From assembly GCA_019233975.1 (NCBI GenBank), contig JAFALY010000038.1, positions 21,638 through 85,637 of the forward strand: 64,000 nucleotides of DNA, given 5' to 3'. Below, one piece after another: positions 23,691 through 36,156 of this stretch. Origin of the DNA: Alphaproteobacteria bacterium (lineage in GTDB: Bacteria; Pseudomonadota; Alphaproteobacteria; UBA9219). The position numbers were made by a program, and so were the translations under genes. The notes below the pieces were generated by a model. It searched no databases. It saw only the letters and a list, made by a program, of their open reading frames with translations, and was not told the origin of the DNA. Positions within the stretch are counted from its first letter, which is position 1. Every line of letters starts with the position of its first letter.

Positions 23691-25064
23691 TTATGCAGCT
23701 TGGCGGAAGCAGACTTGGCGAACGGCCTTCACAATATCATCGACATTGGGAAGCGCCAGCTTTTCCAGATTGGCGGCATAGGGCAGCGGAACATCCGCGC
23801 CGCATACACGCACAACCGGCGCATCCAGATAGTCGAAAGCGTGTTCCATCATTTGCGCGGCAAGTTCGGAGCCGATGCCAGCGAAAGGCCAGCTTTCTTC
23901 GGCCGATACCAGACGGTTCGTCTTCTTGACGCTTTCGACGATCGTGGCCGTATCCAGCGGGCGAATGGAGCGCAGGTTGATGACTTCGGCGCTGATGCCT
24001 TCGGCAGCCAGCTTTTCCGCTGCTTCCATCGCAAAGCCGACCATGCGCGAAAACGCGGTGATGGTCACATCCGTACCGGCGCGCATAACCTTTGCCTTGC
24101 CGATCGGCAGCACAAAATCGGCATCGTCCGGCACGTCAAAGCTTTGGCCGTACATCATTTCGTTTTCAAGGCAGATGACCGGATTCTGGTCACGAATGGC
24201 GGCCTTCATCAAGCCCTTGGCATCGGCCGAGTCATAAGGCGCGATGACCTTGAGGCCCGGCACATGTGCATACCAGCTGGCGTAGCATTGCGAATGCTGC
24301 GCGCCAACACGGGCCGCGGCGCCGTTCGGGCCACGGAATACAATGGGGCAACCCATCTGACCGCCGGACATGTACAATGTCTTGGCGGCAGAGTTGATGA
24401 TCTGGTCAATCGCCTGCATCGCGAAGTTCATGGTCATGAATTCGATGATCGGACGCAAACCCCCGAACGCCGCACCAACGCCCAGACCCGCAAAACCCAT
24501 TTCCGTGATGGGACTGTCGATCACGCGCTTCGCGCCGAATTCATCCAGCAAGCCCTGGCTGACTTTGTAAGCGCCCTGATACTGCGCGACTTCTTCGCCC
24601 AGCAGGAACACGTTCGGATCGTTCCGCATTTCTTCCGCCATGGCTTCGCGCAACGCCTCGCGTACTGTCAGCGTCTTAAAGCTGCTGTACTGCTTTTCTT
24701 CCACGCTGGCGGCGACAGGTGCCACAACAGACAAAGCCGGACGCGCTGCATCAGACGCGGCGGCAGGCGCAGGCGCTGCAACCGCTGTCGTTTTAACGGC
24801 ATTCAAGGCATCGGCCCCTTCACCTTCTTCCAGAAGGATGGCGATCGGCGCGTTCACCTGAACATTTTCGGTGCCGGCTGCGACCAGAATTTTACCAAGG
24901 GTGCCTTCATCCACCGCTTCGACTTCCATCGTCGCCTTGTCGGTTTCAATTTCGGCCAGAACCTGACCGGACTTTACCGTGTCGCCTTCTTTCTTCAGCC
25001 AACGGGCCAGCTTGCCTTCTGTCATTGTGGGCGACAGGGCCGGCATAAGAATTTCGATGGTCAT
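23691..25064 (-). CDS. pdhB: pyruvate dehydrogenase E1 beta subunit with N-terminal lipoyl domain (alphaproteobacterial type)
   Basis: A lipoyl domain ([17 protein letters not shown]) is followed by a transketolase-like E1 beta domain. The likely start is the ATG at 25064; an alternative upstream start lies at 25094. Confidence 0.88.
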   Translation of the reverse strand: MTIEILMPALSPTMTEGKLARWLKKEGDTVKSGQVLAEIETDKATMEVEAVDEGTLGKILVAAGTENVQVNAPIAILLEEGEGADALNAVKTTAVAAPAPAAASDAARPALSVVAPVAASVEEKQYSSFKTLTVREALREAMAEEMRNDPNVFLLGEEVAQYQGAYKVSQGLLDEFGAKRVIDSPITEMGFAGLGVGAAFGGLRPIIEFMTMNFAMQAIDQIINSAAKTLYMSGGQMGCPIVFRGPNGAAARVGAQHSQCYASWYAHVPGLKVIAPYDSADAKGLMKAAIRDQNPVICLENEMMYGQSFDVPDDADFVLPIGKAKVMRAGTDVTITAFSRMVGFAMEAAEKLAAEGISAEVINLRSIRPLDTATIVESVKKTNRLVSAEESWPFAGIGSELAAQMMEHAFDYLDAPVVRVCGADVPLPYAANLEKLALPNVDDIVKAVRQVCFRQAA

Positions 25065-25086
25065 CGCTTTCTCCTGATCAATATCG

Positions 25087-25506
25087 TTAGCCAAAGCGCT
25101 TCATACGCATAGCCAGAGATGGTTTGGGATTCAACCCGGTTTTGCGCGAAGAGCGATCTTCACGCGTCATAACAAAAGCCAGATAATCACCGGCATGAAT
25201 AACTTCGTTTTCATCCATCGGTACCAGACCGGACACCGTGCCGTAACTGACTGACTGAACGGGATAAACGCCACTCTGCGTCCATAGTTCGACAACCGTC
25301 TGGCCGGGGCCGACATTATCCCCCTCTTCAACCAAACAGCTGTGCAGGCAGGCAACGTCCTGGTCACGGGATTCCGTCAGATGGTTCTGACCGTACTCGA
25401 TAACCTGCCCCAGACCTTCGGCGGCATCGCCATACGCGATTTCCCACCTTTTTCCAGTCAAAACGGGCGCAGCCTCGACCAGCGGGGCCTTAATGATTTG
25501 CATCAT
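25087..25506 (-). CDS. hypothetical small protein with a lipoyl/biotinyl-like barrel-sandwich hybrid signature that lacks the modifiable lysine
   Basis: 139 aa. [56 protein letters not shown] mirrors the AccB/lipoyl pattern (V.EGD.V..GQ..h.hEAMKh..h.A..sG.V..h.V..G..V..G..L..h), but the hairpin Lys is replaced by W-T-Q. It is wedged between pdhA and pdhB. Confidence 0.4.
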   Translation of the reverse strand: MMQIIKAPLVEAAPVLTGKRWEIAYGDAAEGLGQVIEYGQNHLTESRDQDVACLHSCLVEEGDNVGPGQTVVELWTQSGVYPVQSVSYGTVSGLVPMDENEVIHAGDYLAFVMTREDRSSRKTGLNPKPSLAMRMKRFG

Positions 25507-25516
25507 GGCTTGAGTC

Positions 25517-26539
25517 TCAGGCTTCTACGAGAACATCCGTCCAAAGTTCGGACGCATCCGGCTCGGGGCTGGTGCGCGCAAATTCGGCCGCATCATTGAC
25601 GATATCCTTAATCTCACGCTCCACAACCTTCAGACCTTCTTCGGTCGCGATGCCATCTTTCAGGATGCGCAAACGCAGCGTTTCGATCGGATCGTGCTTG
25701 CTGCGCCATTCCTCGACTTCATCCTTCGTGCGGTACTTTGCGGGATCAGACATGGAATGACCGCGATAACGGTAGGTTTCCATTTCCAGCACAACGGGTC
25801 CTTTGCCGGAACGCGCATGCTCGATGGCTTCCATGGCCGCTTCGTACACTTTCTGTACGTCCATGCCGTCAACCTTCTTGCCGGTAATCCCGTAGGGTTC
25901 GCCGCGCCTGTACAACTCACCAGCCGCGTGGCGTGCCTGCGATGTGCCCATGCTGTATTTATTGTTTTCGATAACGAACACGACAGGCAGTTTCCACAAC
26001 GCCGCCATGTTAAAGCTTTCGTACACTTGCCCCTGATTAACGGCGCCATCGCCGAAATAGGTCAGACATACACCGCCGTCATTCAGATATTGATGGGCAA
26101 ACGCCAGACCGGCGCCAATCGGCACCTGCGCGCCGACAATACCGTGACCGCCGTAAAATTTCTTTTCGCGGCTGAACATATGCATCGAGCCGCCCTTACC
26201 CTTGGAATAGCCGCCGATGCGACCGGTCAATTCGGCCATGACGCCACGGGCTTCCATACCGGCGGCCAGCATATGGCCATGATCGCGGTAAGAGGTGATG
26301 ACGCTATCGCTCGCTTTTTGTGCAGCCTGAATACCGACGACCACGGCTTCCTGACCAATATACAGATGGCAAAAACCACCGATCAGGCCCATGCCGTAAA
26401 GCTGACCGGCCTTTTCTTCGAAGCGGCGGATCAAAAGCATATCCCTAAAATAACGCATTAACATTGCGTGAGACCCTTCCGCAGGTTCATTGACACCACC
26501 CGCGACTGTGGCGGCCCCAGACTTTTGTGATTGCTTCAT
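25517..26539 (-). CDS. pdhA: pyruvate dehydrogenase E1 alpha subunit
   Basis: 340 aa with a TPP-binding E1 alpha region (GGFCHLYIGQEA.., ..RGHSMSDP..). Confidence 0.9.
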   Translation of the reverse strand: MKQSQKSGAATVAGGVNEPAEGSHAMLMRYFRDMLLIRRFEEKAGQLYGMGLIGGFCHLYIGQEAVVVGIQAAQKASDSVITSYRDHGHMLAAGMEARGVMAELTGRIGGYSKGKGGSMHMFSREKKFYGGHGIVGAQVPIGAGLAFAHQYLNDGGVCLTYFGDGAVNQGQVYESFNMAALWKLPVVFVIENNKYSMGTSQARHAAGELYRRGEPYGITGKKVDGMDVQKVYEAAMEAIEHARSGKGPVVLEMETYRYRGHSMSDPAKYRTKDEVEEWRSKHDPIETLRLRILKDGIATEEGLKVVEREIKDIVNDAAEFARTSPEPDASELWTDVLVEA

Positions 26540-26691
26540 AATGACCCTCTATAACGTCAAGCGTTAACAAGACTGCCTGCCGGTTGTTATTCATCTAGTT
26601 TGGGCGTGTCCATTAGCAGGCACGTTGATCAAAAACGCGCGTACTGCGCTTCATGGTTTAACCCATGTTAACACATCCGGGCGCACTCTTC

Positions 26692-26714
26692 ATTGCCAAT
26701 TTACTTTTGGCAAT
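26692..26714. promoter_or_regulatory. 23-bp perfect palindrome ATTGCCAA-n7-TTGGCAAT upstream of pdhA; candidate operator (GntR/PdhR-type?)
   Basis: Read directly from the sequence. It lies about 150-175 bp upstream of the pdhA start in an AT-rich intergenic region. The arms are AT-rich and no T-tract follows, so it is unlikely to be a terminator. Confidence 0.3.
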
Positions 26715-26753
26715 AAAAATAGTTTTTGCACTGCAATATGTTAGGGTGGGTTT

Positions 26754-27068
26754 CTAATGTTTATCCTGCTGCGGGGTCAGGATAACCGTCTCATTTTGTT
26801 TAGAATAGTTAAGGGTTTTGCGAGCTTCTTCATCCAGTAGATCAGGATCAAGATTGTTCGACCGCAAAAGGTTAACACGGTGGTCGAGGTCCTTGTGTTC
26901 CTTCTTGAGTCCCTCAAGCTTTTGTTCAGCCTCCACCACCTTGTTCTTGAGGCGAACCATGGCGACCCAGCCGCGTTCCCCTTCTATGGTGTGATAGAGG
27001 AATGAACCGACAATGGCCGTGCCGACAATCGACACGAGAATCTGCAGAATGCCACGAAGCTTTTTCAT
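26754..27068 (-). CDS. ftsB: cell division protein FtsB-like (septum formation initiator)
   Basis: 104 aa with one N-terminal TM plus a coiled coil (VVEAEQKLEGLKKEHKDLDHRV). It occupies the conserved position between eno and pdhA. Confidence 0.7.
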   Translation of the reverse strand: MKKLRGILQILVSIVGTAIVGSFLYHTIEGERGWVAMVRLKNKVVEAEQKLEGLKKEHKDLDHRVNLLRSNNLDPDLLDEEARKTLNYSKQNETVILTPQQDKH

Positions 27069-27070
27069 GC

Positions 27071-29456
<2,386 letters not shown>

Positions 29457-29460
<4 letters not shown>

Positions 29461-30035
29461 GCGTGATCATGAAAGCTGCCGCCCAATTGCCGACACGTTA
29501 TGGCGCGTTCTGGATTCTGGTTTTCCATGATGACGCTGGTGCCGAACATATGGCCATGGTCGCAGGTGCGCCGAGCGACGGCTGTCTGGTCAGGCTTCAT
29601 TCCGAATGCGCGACCGGTGATATTATGGGGTCGCTGCGCTGCGATTGCCGTGACCAGTTGGAACAGTCGTTGACGATGATCGAGGAAGCGGGCGAAGGCG
29701 TCGTGATCTATATCCGCAATCACGAAGGCCGAGGCATAGGCCTCGCCAACAAAATAAAGGCCTATATGTTGCAGGACGAGGGCGTCGATACGGTTGACGC
29801 CAATCTGGAGCTCGGCTTTACCTCCGACCAACGCGAGTATTCAACCGCATTGGCCATTTTACGCCATTTCGACCTGAAATCTGTGCGCCTGATGACTAAC
29901 AATAAGGACAAGGTCAAAGCGTTGCAGGAAACAGGTATAGAAGTTGTGGCGCAAGTCCCCCTGTGGACCGCCACAAATCCGCATAACCGCAAATATATAT
30001 CAACCAAACGCGACCGCATGGGACATGTGGGATAG
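29457..30035 (+). CDS. ribA: GTP cyclohydrolase II (GCHII only, no RibB domain)
   Basis: About 192 aa with ..HSECATGDIMGSLRCDCRDQL..NHEGRGIGLANKIKAY. It is ATGA-coupled to ribD. Confidence 0.85.
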
Positions 30036-30109
30036 GTCAACCCATGCAACTATTGCGTGCGCGGCTATCGTGCGCTTAAACACTTAGAACGCAGATGCAT
30101 GGGACACAG

Positions 30110-30442
30110 ATGCCAAACGTCTATATTAGGCACGCCAATTTTGTAAAACCTGACGACAAGTTGTCGCAGGATTGCGCTGCCCTTATCGCAGCAACATGGG
30201 AACTGACCGCCGAAGATACATGCGCTGTCTGGGCGCCCTACCCACCGAATGCGCTAAACGCACCGATGATAGAAATCGAAGTTGAGGCTCTTCCCGGTGA
30301 GGGCACCCTGCGTCAAGACACCGCTCAGGAACTGGCCGAAGGCCTGCGGAAACTTGCGCAGGCTTATGCCGCCAAAACCGGGTATCAGGGAACAATAAAC
30401 GCGTTCGTCAAACTGTTGGCCGGCGAGCACTACGCCTGCTGA
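30110..30442 (+). CDS. hypothetical protein, possibly tautomerase-superfamily (tandem beta-alpha-beta halves, N-terminal Pro after Met)
   Basis: An MPNVYIRH.. N-terminus with a second PMIEIEVEA half. This is a weak, by-eye call. Confidence 0.35.
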   Translation: MPNVYIRHANFVKPDDKLSQDCAALIAATWELTAEDTCAVWAPYPPNALNAPMIEIEVEALPGEGTLRQDTAQELAEGLRKLAQAYAAKTGYQGTINAFVKLLAGEHYAC

Positions 30443-32080
<1,638 letters not shown>

Positions 32081-32114
32081 TTAAAATTAAACCCTAACGA
32101 CTACGCCCGGCCCC

Positions 32115-32462
32115 TTACTTGGCCATCGGCACGGTAGGCGCTGCGGGCGGCGCATCCGTTTTGGCCGGTTCGTTTGTTGTTGACGTGTTGGTAACGGGTG
32201 CTACCTGATCCAGAATACTTTTCTGCTTATGCTGCGCGCTGGCGATATAACCCAGAACCAGACTGTTCAGAATAAACACGGTCGCCAGAATGGCCGTAAT
32301 GCGTGTCAGAATGTTCGCCGAACCGCGCGCCGTAAACAGGCCGCCCATGGTGGCCCCGCCGCCCATCAAACCACCGCCGTCCTGCGCACTTTTTTGCAGA
32401 AGGATAACGACAATCAGGGCTACGGCGATCAGCAATTGCAGGATCAGTAGAACATTTGACAT
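32115..32462 (-). CDS. secG: preprotein translocase subunit SecG
   Basis: A start at MSNVLLILQLLIAVALIVVILLQ (32462), two TM helices and a Gly-rich loop. The pyrG-secG adjacency is conserved. Confidence 0.8.
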   Translation of the reverse strand: MSNVLLILQLLIAVALIVVILLQKSAQDGGGLMGGGATMGGLFTARGSANILTRITAILATVFILNSLVLGYIASAQHKQKSILDQVAPVTNTSTTNEPAKTDAPPAAPTVPMAK

Positions 32463-32758
32463 AAAAACTCCTTTAACCTCTCCGGTTATCAAAAAAACTG
32501 CCTGCGACGCCGACGATCACAAAGCGCGGCGCTGTTGACAGATTTAATTTCGGGCTGGAATGACTTTATAGATGACAAAGCCATAAAAGACCAGTGATAA
32601 TCTGCCCTGCTTCTATTTTGTGGAAAACCCGCCATAAAACAGCCAAAATGCCCTTCACAATCAAAGCCACAAGGTACAGGGTCTGCACCCTGCCCCTTGA
32701 AAGGCCAATCTGCAATTCCTACGTCCGTTAATGCGCCAACCCTGTCAGGCTAAAGGTT

Positions 32759-34252
32759 ATGATGATGCAGAAAGCACTCAAACGAATCGCCCTCTCCCTT
32801 ATCATGTTGCTGCCAGTTTTTGCGGTACCGCCACAGGCCAGCGCGCATAGCGGCCCCGCAGGCTTTGCAGATTTGGCAGAGAAGCTTTTACCCGCCGTTG
32901 TCAACATCTCGACCACCCAAACCGTGAAAACGCATGGCAGCATGGAAGACATGCCAGACCTGCAATTACCACCGGGCTCACCTTTCGAACAATTCTTCCA
33001 CGACTTTATGGACAAGCAGAAAAACGCCCCGCGCAAACACAAGGCAACAGCGCTCGGCTCCGGCTTTATTATTGACCCCACCGGCTATGTCGTCACAAAT
33101 AACCACGTTATCGAAGACGCGGATGAAATCACCGTCATCCTGCAAGACGACACCAATCTGCCTGCTACGGTAGTTGGTCGTGACAAGAAAACCGACCTTG
33201 CGCTTCTGAAAATCGACAGCAAGAAACCGCTGACCGCCGTCACTTGGGGCGATAGTGACAAAGCGCGCGTTGGCGACTGGATCATCGCCATCGGCGATCC
33301 GTACGGCCTTGGCGGCACCGTAACAGCCGGGATCATTTCCGCGCGGTCGCGTGATATTAATTCTGGTCCCTATGATGAATATCTACAAACCGATGCGCCG
33401 ATTAACCGCGGCAATTCCGGCGGACCGATGTTCAACATGGAGGGCGAGGTTATCGGCATCAATACCGCAATATTCTCTCCCTCAGGCGGATCCATCGGCA
33501 TCGGTTTTGCCATTCCGTCCTCGCTGGCGAAAAACATCATCGAGCAGCTAAAGAGCAACGGCCACATCCGCCGTGGCTGGTTGGGCGTGCACATTCAAAC
33601 TGTCACGCCCGATATCGCTAAAGGTCTGGGCATGGATCACGCCCATGGCGCTCTGGTGTCTGATGTCACGCCGGACGGCCCCGCCGCCAAGGCCGGCGTG
33701 CAGCAAGGCGACGTCATTACCAGCTTTGATGGCAAAGACGTGCCGGACATGCACCGCCTGCCTTTGATGGTCGCCGAAACAGATGTTGATAAAACCGTTG
33801 GCCTGAATGTTTTCCGTAAAGGTCAGGAAATACAACTGAAGGTCAAAGTCGGCGAGCTGAAAGCCAAGGATGACAGCGCGAACGACGATGATGACCAGAA
33901 GGATGAGCAACCCGCCGCACCGAATGCGGAGAAGATCAGCGACCTTGGTCTCAGCGTATCGGTTCTGAATGATACGCTCCGTCAACGCTATGACATCAAG
34001 AAAGGCGTATCCGGTCTGGTTGTCACGACAGTTTCGCCGGATGGTGTTGCCGCTGATCAGGGTATACAACCTGGTGACGTGATTACCGAAGCGTCACAGC
34101 AAGAAGTCAAAACCGCCAAGGCGCTGAAAGACATTACGATGCAAGCCAAGAAGGACGGCAAACCGTTACTCCTGCTGGTCAGCCGTCAGGATGATCTGCG
34201 TTTTGTTGCCATCAATTTCGGGAAGAAAAAGCCGAAAGCCAAAGACGAATAA
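32759..34252 (+). CDS. degP: periplasmic serine endoprotease DegP/HtrA (Do family, two PDZ domains)
   Basis: 497 aa with a signal peptide, a trypsin-like catalytic triad region (GNSGGP) and two PDZ-like segments. Confidence 0.9.
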   Translation: MMMQKALKRIALSLIMLLPVFAVPPQASAHSGPAGFADLAEKLLPAVVNISTTQTVKTHGSMEDMPDLQLPPGSPFEQFFHDFMDKQKNAPRKHKATALGSGFIIDPTGYVVTNNHVIEDADEITVILQDDTNLPATVVGRDKKTDLALLKIDSKKPLTAVTWGDSDKARVGDWIIAIGDPYGLGGTVTAGIISARSRDINSGPYDEYLQTDAPINRGNSGGPMFNMEGEVIGINTAIFSPSGGSIGIGFAIPSSLAKNIIEQLKSNGHIRRGWLGVHIQTVTPDIAKGLGMDHAHGALVSDVTPDGPAAKAGVQQGDVITSFDGKDVPDMHRLPLMVAETDVDKTVGLNVFRKGQEIQLKVKVGELKAKDDSANDDDDQKDEQPAAPNAEKISDLGLSVSVLNDTLRQRYDIKKGVSGLVVTTVSPDGVAADQGIQPGDVITEASQQEVKTAKALKDITMQAKKDGKPLLLLVSRQDDLRFVAINFGKKKPKAKDE

Positions 34253-34375
34253 GACGTTCTACGCTGTGCCCGTGGCCCGCAAAGGGCTGCGGGTGCGATG
34301 CAGCAACGAATTGTCTTTTTACTTACGTCACCGCCGCCTAATCTGCCCCTGTATTTTAAAATATTGAGGACGGAT

Positions 34376-34624
34376 ATGGGCACTAATGCCGCAGATGACG
34401 AAGGCCCATCTCCGTATGCTGGCCTTTCTGATACCCAACTACTCTCACTGGCAAAGAAAACTGCAAACGGCAAAAGCAGTGGTATTGCCTCCATAATCAA
34501 ACGGGCCATGGCTGGCCTGCTGGATGCTATCGTTTCAACCGAAGAAAATGACGCTGGCGTTCATGAAGAGGCGCGCAGAAGGCTGATTGCTGATATTTCT
34601 CAATATGATGACATTCATTTTTAA
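34376..34624 (+). CDS. hypothetical small protein
   Basis: 82 aa counted from the ATG at 34376, which follows a GAGGA RBS. There is no recognisable family. Confidence 0.3.
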   Translation: MGTNAADDEGPSPYAGLSDTQLLSLAKKTANGKSSGIASIIKRAMAGLLDAIVSTEENDAGVHEEARRRLIADISQYDDIHF

Positions 34625-34702
34625 AACCTACTTGTAAACACAAAATTAACCCGATTTGCCCCCATACTTGAAGCAGAAGCTGCTACCAAAGGGAGGGATG
34701 TC

Positions 34703-34957
34703 ATGACCATACTTCGTCATCAAGTCATCAAAACAATGGCTGCCGTTTCCTTAATCGCGCTTGCCGGATGTTCTGATATGAACAGCCAGCAGCAGCGCAT
34801 GGTTTCAGGCGGTGCGACAGGTGCCGCAGTGGGTGCTGTTGGCACCGTTATGACAGGCGGATGTGTTGCCTGTGGTGCTGCCATCGGCGGTGCCGTGGGT
34901 ACGGCCGCCGGTTATGTGGTCGATAAGATGGATACCAACAAATCGTCGTCGAAATAG
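34703..34957 (+). CDS. glycine-zipper (YMGG-like) lipoprotein
   Basis: 84 aa with a lipobox LAGC after a signal peptide, then a GxxxGxxxG-rich region, SGGATGAAVGAVGTVMTGG. Confidence 0.5.
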   Translation: MTILRHQVIKTMAAVSLIALAGCSDMNSQQQRMVSGGATGAAVGAVGTVMTGGCVACGAAIGGAVGTAAGYVVDKMDTNKSSSK

Positions 34958-34967
34958 GCGGCCGGTC

Positions 34968-36078
34968 TTATTCGACGTGGCCCTGAATACGTTGCGCGAG
35001 TGACGCTTGCAGGAACATATCGATATCACCGTCAAGGACGGCCTGCGTCTGACTGGTTTCAACTTCGGTGCGTACATCCTTGACCATCTGGTACGGCTGT
35101 AGCACGTAAGAACGAATTTGATGCCCCCAGCCGATGTCGGTCTTCTGCGCCTCGATCGCCGCCGCAGCCGCTTCGCGCTTTTTCAGCTCAAGCTCGTACA
35201 GCTTTGCGCGCAGCATTTCCATCGCCTTGGCGCGGTTCTTATGCTGTGAACGTTCCTGTTGGCAGGCCGCAACGACACCCGTCGGCATGTGGGTGATGCG
35301 GATGGCGCTTTCTGTCTTGTTGACGTGCTGACCGCCTGCCCCGGACGAACGATAGGTGTCAATCTTCAGATCTTTTTCATTAATGTCGATGGGAATTGAA
35401 TCATCGACCACCGGCGTCACCGCGATACTGGAAAAACTGGTGTGGCGGCGCGCGTTAGAGTCGTACGGGCTGATGCGCACCAGACGATGCACGCCGGATT
35501 CCGTCTTGAGCCAACCATAGGCGTTGGCACCTTTGATCTGCACTGTCGCTGATTTCAGGCCCGCTTCTTCACCTGCGGATTCTTCGATCCATTCAACCTT
35601 GTAACCGCGCTTTTCGGCCCAGCGAATATACATGCGCAAAAGCATTTGCGCCCAGTCCTGCGCCTCGGTACCGCCAGCACCGGCGTTGACTTCCAGATAA
35701 CAATCATTGTGGTCGGCTTCACCGGACAGCAGGCTTTCCAGTTCGCGTTCAGCTGCGACCTTGCGGAGCGTAAACAGGGCGTTCTCCGCCTCTGTCACCA
35801 TGGATTGATCGCCTTCGACTTCGGCCATTTCGATCAATTCAAGATTTTCTTTGACGCCGTTCTCAATTTCGCGATAGCCGCGCACGGCCTGATCCAACTG
35901 CGTACGTTCACGCATGATGGTTTGCGCCTTGTTACTGTCGTTCCAGAGATTGGGGTCTTCGGCTAATGAATTGAGCTCATCGAGGCGGGCAAGTGCTTTC
36001 TCGAGGTCAAAGATGCCTCCTCAGCAGGCCCAGCGATTTCTCGATGTCTGCTAAGGTTGATGCGATTTCGGCGCGCAT
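34968..36078 (-). CDS. prfB: peptide chain release factor 2, with programmed +1 ribosomal frameshift
   Basis: The main frame covers 34968-35915 and carries the GGQ motif ([11 protein letters not shown]). An upstream short frame starts at the ATG at 36078 ([23 protein letters not shown]) and terminates at the in-frame TGA within CTT TGA C (about 36007-36012), preceded by an AGGAGG SD-like element. A +1 shift continues into the RF2 body. Confidence 0.9.
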
Positions 36079-36156
36079 GTTCGTGTCCTAAAACCAAAAT
36101 GTAACGGCGCATGAAAATGCATATTCACGGGCCAAAGTCAACCGACAGCCACAACC

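Noticed and set aside
23628-25112. 494-aa ORF on the plus strand
   Set aside because: It lies entirely antisense to the strongly conserved pdhB. The product is Arg/Gly/His-rich low complexity typical of reverse-strand reading of high-GC genes.
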